Shown in pieces: positions 20,094 through 29,553 of a stretch of 64,000 nucleotides of DNA; the first letter of the stretch is position 1, and the number at the start of each line of letters is the position of its first letter. The notes under the pieces are model-generated. The model ran no database searches and was not told the origin of the DNA. It worked only from the letters and a program-made list of their open reading frames with translations. Source of the stretch: an uncultured Gemmatimonadales bacterium (GTDB lineage Bacteria > Gemmatimonadota > Gemmatimonadetes > Gemmatimonadales > Gemmatimonadaceae); NCBI GenBank assembly GCA_963851265.1, contig CAWKNZ010000003.1:1-64000 (forward strand). The letters run 5' to 3'. The position numbers were made by a program, and so were the translations under genes.

Positions 20094-22319
20094 TCACCGC
20101 ACGGCGATCGCGGCGAGTGTGCCGCCGGCCTCGGCGATGTAGAGGACTCCCTGGCTACTCAGCGCCATCTCGCCGACGCCCGGGTAGCTCCACACGGGGA
20201 GGTGGGTGGCGAGGTCGACGGCGTACGTGGTGCCGGGCGAGCCGTACCCGCCGCTCACCCCGACGAACAACAAGTTGTTGGTCACGATCACGGCGCCGGT
20301 CATCGTCGTCGCGGGCGGAGCTCCCCACGTCCACAGGGCCGCGCCGTCGCTCTCGCGCCGGGCCGCGATCTGAGTGTTGCTCGCGGCATAGACGACCCCA
20401 CTCGCGACCGACGGGATGCCAATGAACCCCCCGCTCTGCTCCCACGCGACGCGTTTCGCGACCAGGTCGACCGAGACCAGCCGGTTACCGACGATGACGA
20501 ACGCGTCGTTGGTTCCGCCGATCACGGGTGTGCCCGCGGCCGGCAGACGGCTGTCGTTCACCTGATACTGGACCGACCCGTCGGCGGGCGTGACGGCGTT
20601 CAGCGTCGCTGATCCCACCACGCCGTTGAACGCGTACGCCACGCCGTTCGCGGCGGCCGGCGCCCAACCGCTGACCTGAGACAACGCCATGAAGAAGTTG
20701 CGCTGTCCGCTGGTCACGTCGAACCCGTACATCCCGCCGTAATATCCGCCAGCCGTGAGCACGGTCTGACCCGAGACGACCGGTGCGCGCCAGTGCTCCC
20801 ACTGGCTGTCGAACGCGGTCTTGAAGCGCAGGCTGCCGTCGCCCGCGTTGAGCGCGTACATGAACGTGTCCTCGTGACCGCCCGAGGTCATGTATACACT
20901 GCCATTGTCGTACGTCGGCTGATTGATGCCGAATATCGCACCGAAATCGCGAACCCACTGCTGCGAGCCGTCCGCGGGGCTGAGCGCGAACAGTCGCTGG
21001 CTCGTGAAGTACCCGCTGGTCGAGACGTACACGCGCCCGTCCCCGGCGGACGGCTGATTGAGCAGCGTCCCGCCTGCAACGGTGCTCACCCAGCGTTCGC
21101 GAAACACGCCCGGGTCGAGGGTCGCATTGACGTACCCGCTGTGCTGCGCGTTGCCCTGGTACGTGGTCCACTCCGCGGCGGCGGACCAGTCGGCCGTCGG
21201 GCGCGTGAGCACGGTGACGGTCGCGGACGCGGTCTTGCCGTCTGTCGTCGCGGTGAGCGTCGCGGTGCCGGCCGAGACCGCGGTCACCTTGCCCGCGCTG
21301 TCGACCGTGACCTTGCCGCGGTCGGAACTGGTCCACGCGATCGGGCGCGCGACGAGCGAGTCGCCGGTGGCCGCGTACAGGCCGACCCCGATTTGCGCGG
21401 TCTGTCCTGCGTACAGGGCGCCGCCGACCACCGCGCCGGTGAGGGTGATCTGATCGACCGGCATGCTTCGCACCGCGTAGATCCCCGAGGACCCGATGGC
21501 GCCGGCGACCGCCTTGGTGGTCGTGTTCACCGTACTTCCGCGAACGACGGTCCACGCGCCGGCCGACACCGTGTACAGCTGGAGGCTCTGCTCGACGGTG
21601 CCCGACGCGAGCTTGGCCGGATCGTACTTGATGGACAGCGTTGCCGGTCGCACGAAGGTGACGCCGTCGGGCCCGAGCTCATAACTCGAGTTCCCCACCA
21701 GCCGCGCGTCCTGCGGCGCACCGAGCGCGGGCCGGACGAGCAGGAGCGTCGCTTGCTGCACCCCCCCGACGGGGACCGTGAGGCTGAACACTCCGCCGAT
21801 GGCGCTCAGGATGCCGCCCTGCGTTCCGATCGGGCCACCCGAGCGAACGTCGACGGTCGTCGAGCCCGCGTGCCCGTTCGAGGCCGCCGTGATGGTCGCG
21901 GTCCCTGCGCCGAGTGCGACGACGAGCCCGCTCGACGACACCGCGGCCACGGTCGGATCGGTCGAGTTCCACGTCACCGACTGATCCGAGACCACGCCAC
22001 CGGTCGCGTTGAGCGCGGTGGCCGCGAGCCGGACGGAGTCGCCGACGAGCAACGTTCCCGCGGGCGCGCCGGTGACCACGACTTCCGAGACGCTCGACGC
22101 GGTAGCACCCGGCCCGGTGCTATCGTGGCCACATGCGGCGACGATGAAGGTGGCTAGAAACGCGAGTACGCCGCGTGCTGTGCGCGCGGGCGCCGCGAAC
22201 GAACGGAGGGACGTGCATCCGGGAGGTGGCTTTTCGGAGGGGCGCGGGTCGCGGCACGCGAGCGACCTCGAGCATATGGCAGGATGGGTGGGCGCCCGAT
22301 TATGTGACGCACGACACAT
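20094..22319 (-). CDS. Lipoprotein with Ig-like (Big_2) domains and a PQQ-like beta-propeller (start uncertain)
   Basis: IVAAC lipobox; WNSTDPTVAAV and WTSSDRGKVTV Ig repeats; WTTYQGNAQHSG; repeated xAxDGxxxW blades. Confidence 0.85.
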   Translation of the reverse strand: MCRASHNRAPTHPAICSRSLACRDPRPSEKPPPGCTSLRSFAAPARTARGVLAFLATFIVAACGHDSTGPGATASSVSEVVVTGAPAGTLLVGDSVRLAATALNATGGVVSDQSVTWNSTDPTVAAVSSSGLVVALGAGTATITAASNGHAGSTTVDVRSGGPIGTQGGILSAIGGVFSLTVPVGGVQQATLLLVRPALGAPQDARLVGNSSYELGPDGVTFVRPATLSIKYDPAKLASGTVEQSLQLYTVSAGAWTVVRGSTVNTTTKAVAGAIGSSGIYAVRSMPVDQITLTGAVVGGALYAGQTAQIGVGLYAATGDSLVARPIAWTSSDRGKVTVDSAGKVTAVSAGTATLTATTDGKTASATVTVLTRPTADWSAAAEWTTYQGNAQHSGYVNATLDPGVFRERWVSTVAGGTLLNQPSAGDGRVYVSTSGYFTSQRLFALSPADGSQQWVRDFGAIFGINQPTYDNGSVYMTSGGHEDTFMYALNAGDGSLRFKTAFDSQWEHWRAPVVSGQTVLTAGGYYGGMYGFDVTSGQRNFFMALSQVSGWAPAAANGVAYAFNGVVGSATLNAVTPADGSVQYQVNDSRLPAAGTPVIGGTNDAFVIVGNRLVSVDLVAKRVAWEQSGGFIGIPSVASGVVYAASNTQIAARRESDGAALWTWGAPPATTMTGAVIVTNNLLFVGVSGGYGSPGTTYAVDLATHLPVWSYPGVGEMALSSQGVLYIAEAGGTLAAIAVR

Positions 22320-22384
22320 TCTGGCAAGTGCGGCGCTCCAGCCGCCCTAGTTCGACACGACGCCGAGTCGCGGGCCGCTGGCCG

Positions 22385-23782
22385 TCAGTACCGCGCCAGG
22401 TACCGCCGCAACTCCCACTCGGTGACCTGCGTGCTGTACTCCCGCCACTCCGCGCGCTTCGCCGCGAGGTAGTGCTGCGTCACGTGCGGGCCCAACGCCG
22501 CGCGCACGACCTCGTCGCGTTCCAGCTCGTCGCACGCCTCGCCGAGGTCGTGCGGCAGGTCGTCGATGCGCAGCCGGCGCCGCTCACGCCAGCTCATCTC
22601 GGCCACCTCCTGCGCCACCGGCTCGCGCCACTCGGCGTTCGTGGCCACGCCGTCCAGTCCCGCGGCGATCATCACGGCGAGTGCGAGGTACGGGTTGGCC
22701 GCCGGGTCGGGCGTGCGCACCTCGAGCCGTGTGGCCGCGCCGCGGCGCTCGGGCACGCGCACGAGCGGTGTCCGACTCCTCAGACTCCACGCCACGTGCA
22801 CCGGCGCCTCGAAGCCGGGGACGAGGCGCTTGTACGAGTTGACGAGCGGGTTCGTGACCGCACACATCCCGCGGGCGTGGCGGAGGAGGCCGCCGACGTA
22901 GTGGAGCGCCGTGCGCGACAGCCCCCACTCGGCGCCGGGGTCGGCGAACGCGTTCTCGCCGACCCCGCCGTCGCGGTCGAGCGCGACGAGCGCCTGGTGC
23001 GTGTGGAGCCCGCTGCCGTTCTGCCCGAACACCGGCTTGGGCATGAACGAGGCGACGAGGCCGAACCGTCGGGCGACGTGCTTCACGACGAACCGGAGCG
23101 TGATCACGTCGTCGGCGGCCGCGAGGGCATCGGCGTCACCGAGGTCGATCTCGTGCTGGCCGTGCGCTCCCTCGTGGTGCGCGCCCACCACCGGGACGCC
23201 GAGCCGCTCGAGCAGCTCGACCATCGCGCGGCGGGCCTCCTCGCCGTGATCGACCGGCGCGAGATCGAAGTAGCCGCCGACGTCGTGCGTCGCGGTGCTC
23301 GCAGCGCCGTCGGGCCCGGCAGGAAACAGGAAGAACTCGACCTCGGCGTTGGCGCGCACCGCGTAGCCGCGCTCGGCGGCCACGGCGAGCTGACGGCGGA
23401 GCACGGCGCGCGGGTCGCCGGCGAACGCCGTGCCGTCGGTGGTGGTGACGTCACAGATCACGCGGGCGACGCGCGCGTCGTCGGGCGGCGCTCCGCCAAA
23501 AGGAAGGACGCGGTACGTGGACAGGTCGGGGCGGAGGAGCATGTCGCTCTCCTCCGCGCGCGCGAAGCCCTCGATCGCGGCGCCGTCGAACAGGACCTCG
23601 CCCGCGAGCGCTTCGCCGAAGCGGGACGCGGGGACCTCGACGTTCTTGTTGACGCCGAGGATGTCGGTGAACTGGAGGCGGAGAAAGCGTACGCCCTCCG
23701 CGCGCATGCGCTCGAGCAACTCGGCGGCGTCGGCCGGCTGCGGGGGCGTCGACGGGGCGTCCGGGGGCGTCATGCGTGGCAT
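22385..23782 (-). CDS. glnA: Glutamine synthetase type I-alpha-like protein
   Basis: LQFTDILG, ESDM, HHE..GQHEI, MPKP..NGSG.H, NSYKRLVPGFEAP, DPAANPYLA. Confidence 0.9.
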   Translation of the reverse strand: MPRMTPPDAPSTPPQPADAAELLERMRAEGVRFLRLQFTDILGVNKNVEVPASRFGEALAGEVLFDGAAIEGFARAEESDMLLRPDLSTYRVLPFGGAPPDDARVARVICDVTTTDGTAFAGDPRAVLRRQLAVAAERGYAVRANAEVEFFLFPAGPDGAASTATHDVGGYFDLAPVDHGEEARRAMVELLERLGVPVVGAHHEGAHGQHEIDLGDADALAAADDVITLRFVVKHVARRFGLVASFMPKPVFGQNGSGLHTHQALVALDRDGGVGENAFADPGAEWGLSRTALHYVGGLLRHARGMCAVTNPLVNSYKRLVPGFEAPVHVAWSLRSRTPLVRVPERRGAATRLEVRTPDPAANPYLALAVMIAAGLDGVATNAEWREPVAQEVAEMSWRERRRLRIDDLPHDLGEACDELERDEVVRAALGPHVTQHYLAAKRAEWREYSTQVTEWELRRYLARY

Positions 23783-23903
23783 GGGCGCAAGGTACGGAGC
23801 GCGGGCGCGCCGGGCATGTGCCTTGCGCCCGCGTCACCCGCCTCGCCACTGAGGGCGAGCACACACAAACGCCGACGCGATCTGACACACCGCGGAGGAC
23901 CGC

Positions 23904-24341
23904 ATGGCACAGGAACCGAGAACGGCGGGCGATGTGATGACCCGCAACCCGCGCACGGTCACGCCCGACACGCCCGTGCGCGAGGCCGCGCAGCTCATGC
24001 GTAGCGAGGACACCGGCGCGCTGCCCGTGGTGGAGGGCGGCAACTCGAATCGGCCGATCGGCCTCATCACCGACCGCGATCTCGCGCTCCGCGTCGTGGC
24101 CGAGGGGAATCTCGACGCCCGCGTCCGTGACGCGATGACGCCCAACGCGCACACCGCGCGCGAGCACGACGATCTGCAGAAGGTGATGGACCTGATGGCG
24201 CGCGAGCAGGTGCGGCGCGTTCCGATCGTCGACGAGCGCGGCGACCTCGTCGGGATCATCGCGCAGGCGGACGTCGTGCTGCAGGCGGACGCCAAGCGCG
24301 CCGACCAGACGGTTCAGGCGATCTCGCGCCCGGGCAGCTGA
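23904..24341 (+). CDS. CBS-domain pair protein
   Basis: GALPVV, GLITDRD, RRVPIVD..LVGII; GGAGG RBS. Confidence 0.93.
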   Translation: MAQEPRTAGDVMTRNPRTVTPDTPVREAAQLMRSEDTGALPVVEGGNSNRPIGLITDRDLALRVVAEGNLDARVRDAMTPNAHTAREHDDLQKVMDLMAREQVRRVPIVDERGDLVGIIAQADVVLQADAKRADQTVQAISRPGS

Positions 24342-24441
24342 AGCTGCCGTTGGCGGGTCGCTGACGCGCCCTACGGCACGCGCGGTCGTCGGCCGGCGCC
24401 GGATGACACCGGCGCCGGCATGTGCGGTGTAGCTTTCGGGT

Positions 24442-25323
24442 ATGTCGACGTCCGCCCAACCGACCACGCCTCCGGCGCTCGCGTCCGCCGCCGGGACGGC
24501 GGTGCGCCCGCGGTACTGCGCCGCGTGCGGCGCCGCGCTGTCTGCCGGTGCCAATTACTGCCACCGCTGCGGGACGGCGGTCGTCGCCGCATCGGGCGCA
24601 CCGACGGCGGGCGCGCCGCGCGCGCGCGGTCGCAGCATGGCCGAGGTCGCGCCGTGGGCGGTCGCGTTCGTCGCGTTCCTCGCCCTCGCGGCGATGGCCG
24701 CCGGGCGCAACCTCGGCGCGTCGCGCGGGAATGGGCTCGACGCGCCCCAGAACGCGCTGCCCCAGGCCTCGCTCGGCGAGACGGCGGCGCCGCAAGATGC
24801 GCGCGGTGGAGGCGATCCGCCCATCGCACCGTTCGCGGGCGGCGCGGCCCGAACCGGGCGGCCGCCCGACCTGTCGCAGATGACGCCCCGCGACATCGCC
24901 GATCGGCTGTTCGACCGCGTGATGCGGCTCTCGGGCGAGGGCAAGGTCGACAGCGCGCAGTTCTTCGCGACGATGGCGTTGCAGAACTATGCGCGCATGC
25001 CGGCGGCCGGCGTGCCGTTCGACGCCGACCTGCGGTACGACATGGGGCGAATCGCCGAGGTTGCGGGACGTGGCGAGATCGCGTCGGCGCAGGCGGACAC
25101 GATCCTCCGCGCGAATCCGACGCACCTGCTCGGGCTCGTGCTCGCCATCAAGGGGGCGGCGTTGCAGGGCGATCGGACCCGGCTGGCCGACGCGCAGCGT
25201 CGACTCATCGCGGCCGCCCCGGCAGAGCGCGCCAAGAACATCGAGGAGTATCAGCGGCACGGCAACGACATCGATGCCGCACTGAAGCTGGCGACCGCGA
25301 CGGGCCCGGGCGCGCCGCGGTAG
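24442..25323 (+). CDS. Zinc-ribbon membrane protein with a TPR-like C-terminus
   Basis: YCAACG...YCHRCG, one TM segment, helical C-terminal domain. Confidence 0.75.
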   Translation: MSTSAQPTTPPALASAAGTAVRPRYCAACGAALSAGANYCHRCGTAVVAASGAPTAGAPRARGRSMAEVAPWAVAFVAFLALAAMAAGRNLGASRGNGLDAPQNALPQASLGETAAPQDARGGGDPPIAPFAGGAARTGRPPDLSQMTPRDIADRLFDRVMRLSGEGKVDSAQFFATMALQNYARMPAAGVPFDADLRYDMGRIAEVAGRGEIASAQADTILRANPTHLLGLVLAIKGAALQGDRTRLADAQRRLIAAAPAERAKNIEEYQRHGNDIDAALKLATATGPGAPR

Positions 25324-25342
25324 GCCCAGCGTCACCGCCGCG

Positions 25343-27541
25343 GTGCCTCGTTCCGACCTCGCCGTCCGCACGCCCCTGGTGGCGGCGTCGCCGCGCGTCG
25401 GCGACGCCCGCTCGACGGTCGGCACGGCGGATGGCGCGACCACGCTGTGCGTGCTCGTGCTCGACGGGCGGGGGCGCGTGATCACCGCCGATGCGGCGGC
25501 CGCGTCGATCGTGGCCGGCGGCGGCTCATCCCTGAGGCGGGGCGTCGACCTGCCGACCGCGTTGCGCTCCGCCGGCGAGGGGACCGCCGCGCTCGCCGTC
25601 GCGAATGCGCTGGCGGCTCAGGACGGCGCGGAAGTGGTGTTCACCGTCCACGACGCGGTCGGGCTCGCGCGCGCGCGGTGGCGGATGGTGCCCATCCCAC
25701 CGCTGCCCGCGGCGGGCGCGGCGTGGACCGTCGTGGTCGAACGCGAGCCTAACGGTGCCCCGGGACGGCGTGAGGCCGAGACCCTGGCGGCGGTCGCGCG
25801 CGAGCTCGCCCGCGGCGGGGAGGACGAAACCGCGGCGCTCGCCAGGCTCGCGCGCGGCGCGGTCGCCCTGTTCGAGGCGGCCGGCGCGTGCGTCGTCACG
25901 GTGGACGGTCCGGACGACCGCGACACGGTGCCGGAGCGGCGCGCGCGCGTCGCCGCAGCGGCGGGGTCGCTCGAACCGCTCACCGGCCACGTCACTCGGC
26001 TGGTCGGCGAGCCGTTGCTGTTCGGCGCCGTCGCGCGCAGCGGGGACGTGGTCGTCGTCAACGACGCCGAACACGATCCGCGCGTGGATCCGCGCTACGG
26101 TCTGCCGTCCTCCGTGCGCCAGGTGCTCGCAGTACCGCTCGTCATCGACGACCGGATCGCTGCGCAACTCTGCGTGGTCAACGTGCCGCGCGGTGCCTTC
26201 GCCACCCCGGACGTGGAGCTGGCGCGGCAACTGGCCGACCACGGCGCACTCGCGCTGCGCAACGGGCGCCTGCTGGCGGCGCGCGCGCTCGCGCAGGCGC
26301 GCGCCGAAGCCGCAGGCGCGATCGCTCAGGCGGCGCTCGACGCCGACGACGCGCGGGCCGGCGCGGCCAAGATTCTTGCCGAGCTGGATCGCGTCGTTCC
26401 CTCGCGCGGCAAGCTGCTGAGCGTCAATGACCGCGAGCGCGGGGTGTTGCAATGCGTGGCCGCCATCGGCGACGCGTCGAACCTGGCCGGCACGGAACGG
26501 CCCGTCGCGGAGACCAACTGGTACGAGGCGCTCGCGCGTGGCGAGCTCGTCGACATTCCCGACCTCGAAGCGGCGCAGCGCGAGCGCGGCCTCGCCGCCC
26601 GACCGACTCCCTCGGGCCCCGTCGTGCTCGTTCCGATCATGGCCCGCGGCGTGCCCGTCGGCGACGTTTGCGTGCAGTACGCGGCGGCCGTGCCGTTCGG
26701 GGCCGCGACGCTCGACACGTTGCGCCTGCTGGGTCCGTCGATCGGGGTCGCGATGGACGTGCTGCTGCGCGACGAGCGCGAGCGTGAGCGCGCCGGGGAG
26801 GAGCGGCGCTGCGACGACCAGCTGCGCGAGGCCGAGAAGCTCGCCGCACTCGGCGAACTCGTCGCCGGCGTCGCACACGAGATCAACAACCCGCTCGCGG
26901 GCATCTCGGCGTTCGCCGAACTGCTCCTCGACGAGCCGCCCGACTCGGCGCTCAATGCCGAGAACCGGGAGGCCGTGCGCCTCATCAAGCGCGAGGCCGA
27001 CCGGGCGACCGCCGTCGTGCGCGACCTGCTGACGTTCGCGCGCGAGGCGGCCCCAGTCTGGGGCCCCGTCACTCTTCCCGTGTTGCTCGAGCGCACGGTG
27101 CGCGTCCGTGCGTACGCGGCGCGCACGGCGGGGCTCGACCTGCAGCTGGACGTTCCGCCCGATCTGCCCCCGGTCCGCGGCGACGAGCGCAAGCTGCAAC
27201 AGGTGTTCATCAACCTCATCGCGAACGCCGAGCACGCCGCGCGTACCGCCCCGGCGGGTGGGCGCCGCGTGACCGTGCGTGCGTGGCGCGACGGGACCGA
27301 CCGCGTCGCGGTCCGGGTGAGCGACACGGGCCCGGGCGTGCCGCCCGACGTGCTGGGGCGCGTGTTCGAGCCGTTCTTCACGACCAAGCCGCCGGGTGAG
27401 GGGACCGGGCTGGGGCTCAGCGTCAGCTACGGCATCGTCCAGGCACACCGCGGCACGCTGCGCGCACAAAATCTGCCCGCCGGCGGTGCCGCGTTCGACG
27501 TGCTCCTCCCGGTCGACTCGGGATTCCGCGAACCTCGATGA
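25343..27541 (+). CDS. GAF-domain sensor histidine kinase
   Basis: AHEINNPL H-box, QVFINLIANA, DTGPG, FEPFFTTK, GTGLGL; two GAF-like domains. Confidence 0.93.
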   Translation: MPRSDLAVRTPLVAASPRVGDARSTVGTADGATTLCVLVLDGRGRVITADAAAASIVAGGGSSLRRGVDLPTALRSAGEGTAALAVANALAAQDGAEVVFTVHDAVGLARARWRMVPIPPLPAAGAAWTVVVEREPNGAPGRREAETLAAVARELARGGEDETAALARLARGAVALFEAAGACVVTVDGPDDRDTVPERRARVAAAAGSLEPLTGHVTRLVGEPLLFGAVARSGDVVVVNDAEHDPRVDPRYGLPSSVRQVLAVPLVIDDRIAAQLCVVNVPRGAFATPDVELARQLADHGALALRNGRLLAARALAQARAEAAGAIAQAALDADDARAGAAKILAELDRVVPSRGKLLSVNDRERGVLQCVAAIGDASNLAGTERPVAETNWYEALARGELVDIPDLEAAQRERGLAARPTPSGPVVLVPIMARGVPVGDVCVQYAAAVPFGAATLDTLRLLGPSIGVAMDVLLRDERERERAGEERRCDDQLREAEKLAALGELVAGVAHEINNPLAGISAFAELLLDEPPDSALNAENREAVRLIKREADRATAVVRDLLTFAREAAPVWGPVTLPVLLERTVRVRAYAARTAGLDLQLDVPPDLPPVRGDERKLQQVFINLIANAEHAARTAPAGGRRVTVRAWRDGTDRVAVRVSDTGPGVPPDVLGRVFEPFFTTKPPGEGTGLGLSVSYGIVQAHRGTLRAQNLPAGGAAFDVLLPVDSGFREPR

Positions 27542-28668
27542 TCCCGTTGCCCGACGCATCGTTCGCTCGGCCCACCCCACCACAACGCGGCACGCCCGGC
27601 GTCGACGCGCGCGTGCTCGTCGTCGACGACGAGGAAACGATCCGCCTCGCGATCGGGCGTTTTCTCGAGCGCCGCGATTACGCGGTCACGGTCGTGCCCA
27701 ATGCCGCGAGTGCGCTGGACGCGCTCGCGGCCGAGCCGGCCGGCCACTACGCCCTCATGCTCTGCGACGTGCGTATGCCGGGCATGAACGGGGTCGACCT
27801 CGTACCGCACGCGCGCACGCTCGACCCGGGACTCGCGGTGATCATGCTGAGCGCCGTCGACGACGCCGCGAGCGCGCGGGCCGCGTTCACCGCCGGCGCG
27901 GTCGACTATCTCGTGAAGCCGGTCGAACTCGCCGCGCTTCAGCAGGCCGTCGAGGACGCGCTTCGGCGCCGCGCGCTGGAGCGGGCCCGCCAGACCGCCG
28001 AGGATGCCCTGCGCGACGAACTGGATGCGCAGCAGGCCGCGGTGGTCGAGGCGCAACGCGCCGCCGTCGCCTCCACGCGTGCGACGAGCGTCGCCGTGGC
28101 CGAGGCGCTCGTGACGGCGCTCGAAGCAAAGGACCCGTTCACCCGGGGGCGGGCGGCCCGCGTCGCCGCGCTCGCCGCCTCGATTGCCGCCGAACTCGAG
28201 TTCGACGAGGACCTGGTCGAGTCGGTACGGCTCGCCGCGCGCCTGCACGACGTGGGCACCATCGGGGTGCGGGACGAGGTGCTGCACAAGCCCGGACCGC
28301 TCACGCCCGAGGAGCGCGCGCACGTACGCGAACACGTTCGATTGGGGCTCGCCATTCTCGCGCCGCTGGCCGCGGTCCCGGGGATGGGCGACGTGATCGC
28401 CGCGGTCGCGGATCACCACGAGCGATGGGACGGGGCCGGCTACCCCCGCGCGATTGCCGGAGCGGCGATCGCGCCGGGCGGGCGCGTCCTCGCGGCGGCC
28501 GACGTGTGGGACGCGGTCACCTCAGCGCGCGCCTACCAGGGCGCGCTGACGCCCGACGCCGCGCTCGAATACCTCGGCACGCTCGTCGGGGGGCTCCTGG
28601 ACCCCGACGTCTACGCCGCGCTCGTGCGCGTCGTCAGGCGCGGCGAGGCGCTCAGCTTTCTGGAGTGA
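27538..28668 (+). CDS. Response regulator with HD-GYP output domain
   Basis: REC domain (VVDDE, DVRMP, YLVKP); LHDVG; HHERWDGAGYP; ATGA overlap with the kinase gene. Confidence 0.93.
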   Translation: MIPLPDASFARPTPPQRGTPGVDARVLVVDDEETIRLAIGRFLERRDYAVTVVPNAASALDALAAEPAGHYALMLCDVRMPGMNGVDLVPHARTLDPGLAVIMLSAVDDAASARAAFTAGAVDYLVKPVELAALQQAVEDALRRRALERARQTAEDALRDELDAQQAAVVEAQRAAVASTRATSVAVAEALVTALEAKDPFTRGRAARVAALAASIAAELEFDEDLVESVRLAARLHDVGTIGVRDEVLHKPGPLTPEERAHVREHVRLGLAILAPLAAVPGMGDVIAAVADHHERWDGAGYPRAIAGAAIAPGGRVLAAADVWDAVTSARAYQGALTPDAALEYLGTLVGGLLDPDVYAALVRVVRRGEALSFLE

Positions 28669-28707
28669 TCGCCGTGACGGCCGCGACCGCCGGGTAGCGG
28701 TGCGGCG

Positions 28708-29532
28708 TCAGCGGTGCCAGTGCCGCGCGGTGGTCCACCGGCGCGCGTCGAACAGCGCCGGGTCGAGCGCGACGTCGGCGCGGATGCCGTCGTACTCCTC
28801 GAGAAGGGTGCGCGTCCCGCCGGTGTAGTTCTCGACGCGTGCCGCGACCCAGCCGCCGCCGACCTCGCGGTAATCTCCGAACCGGAAGTCGGTGGTCTTG
28901 GTCGAATCGCCGGCCGTGGGCTCGAGCAGGCGCACGAAGACGAGGCGCTCCTGGTCGATCCAGTACTGCGCGGAGTGCAGGTTGCCAGGCGCGCCGCCGA
29001 CGACCCACACGGGGCGCCCATCCCACTGATCCTCGCGCACCGGCCCGCTCGGAAAGCCGAGCGAGCGGAGGACGGTTTCGCTTCGCGCGGCCGACTGGCC
29101 GTAGACGTCGAAGCCGAGCACGAGTAGCGGGTTGTGGCCTGCGACCGCGGCGACGACCCGCCCATCGCGGACGACGTACTGGCTGTCGTTCGCGAACAGC
29201 GTCCCGCTGCGGAGGGTCGAGTCGCGATCGATGCGGAGCTTGCCCGGCACCGAGAGCGCCTCGTACCACACTTCGTGGCGCTCGCGCCCGTCGCGCCCGA
29301 CGAGCGTCGTGCGCTGCGTGAACGTCAGCGTGCGGTACCAGCGCGCGGCGTAGCGCGCACGCATGGCGTCCAGCAGCGAGGTCGCGTTGGCCGGCGCCGG
29401 CCTCGGTGCCGGCGACGGTGCTGCGGTGGACGACCCGCCGCATGCGGCGACGACCGCGAGCAGGAGTGCGGACGCGAGCGTGGCGACGAGACGAGGCCCG
29501 TCGGCGCAGTGACGGCGCGGTAGAGTCGACAT
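28708..29532 (-). CDS. Hypothetical lipoprotein (LolA-like beta-rich fold possible)
   Basis: VVAAC lipobox and alternating beta-strand pattern. The fold is inference. Confidence 0.7.
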   Translation of the reverse strand: MSTLPRRHCADGPRLVATLASALLLAVVAACGGSSTAAPSPAPRPAPANATSLLDAMRARYAARWYRTLTFTQRTTLVGRDGRERHEVWYEALSVPGKLRIDRDSTLRSGTLFANDSQYVVRDGRVVAAVAGHNPLLVLGFDVYGQSAARSETVLRSLGFPSGPVREDQWDGRPVWVVGGAPGNLHSAQYWIDQERLVFVRLLEPTAGDSTKTTDFRFGDYREVGGGWVAARVENYTGGTRTLLEEYDGIRADVALDPALFDARRWTTARHWHR

Positions 29533-29553
29533 GAGCGGAATATGCGATCCCGC

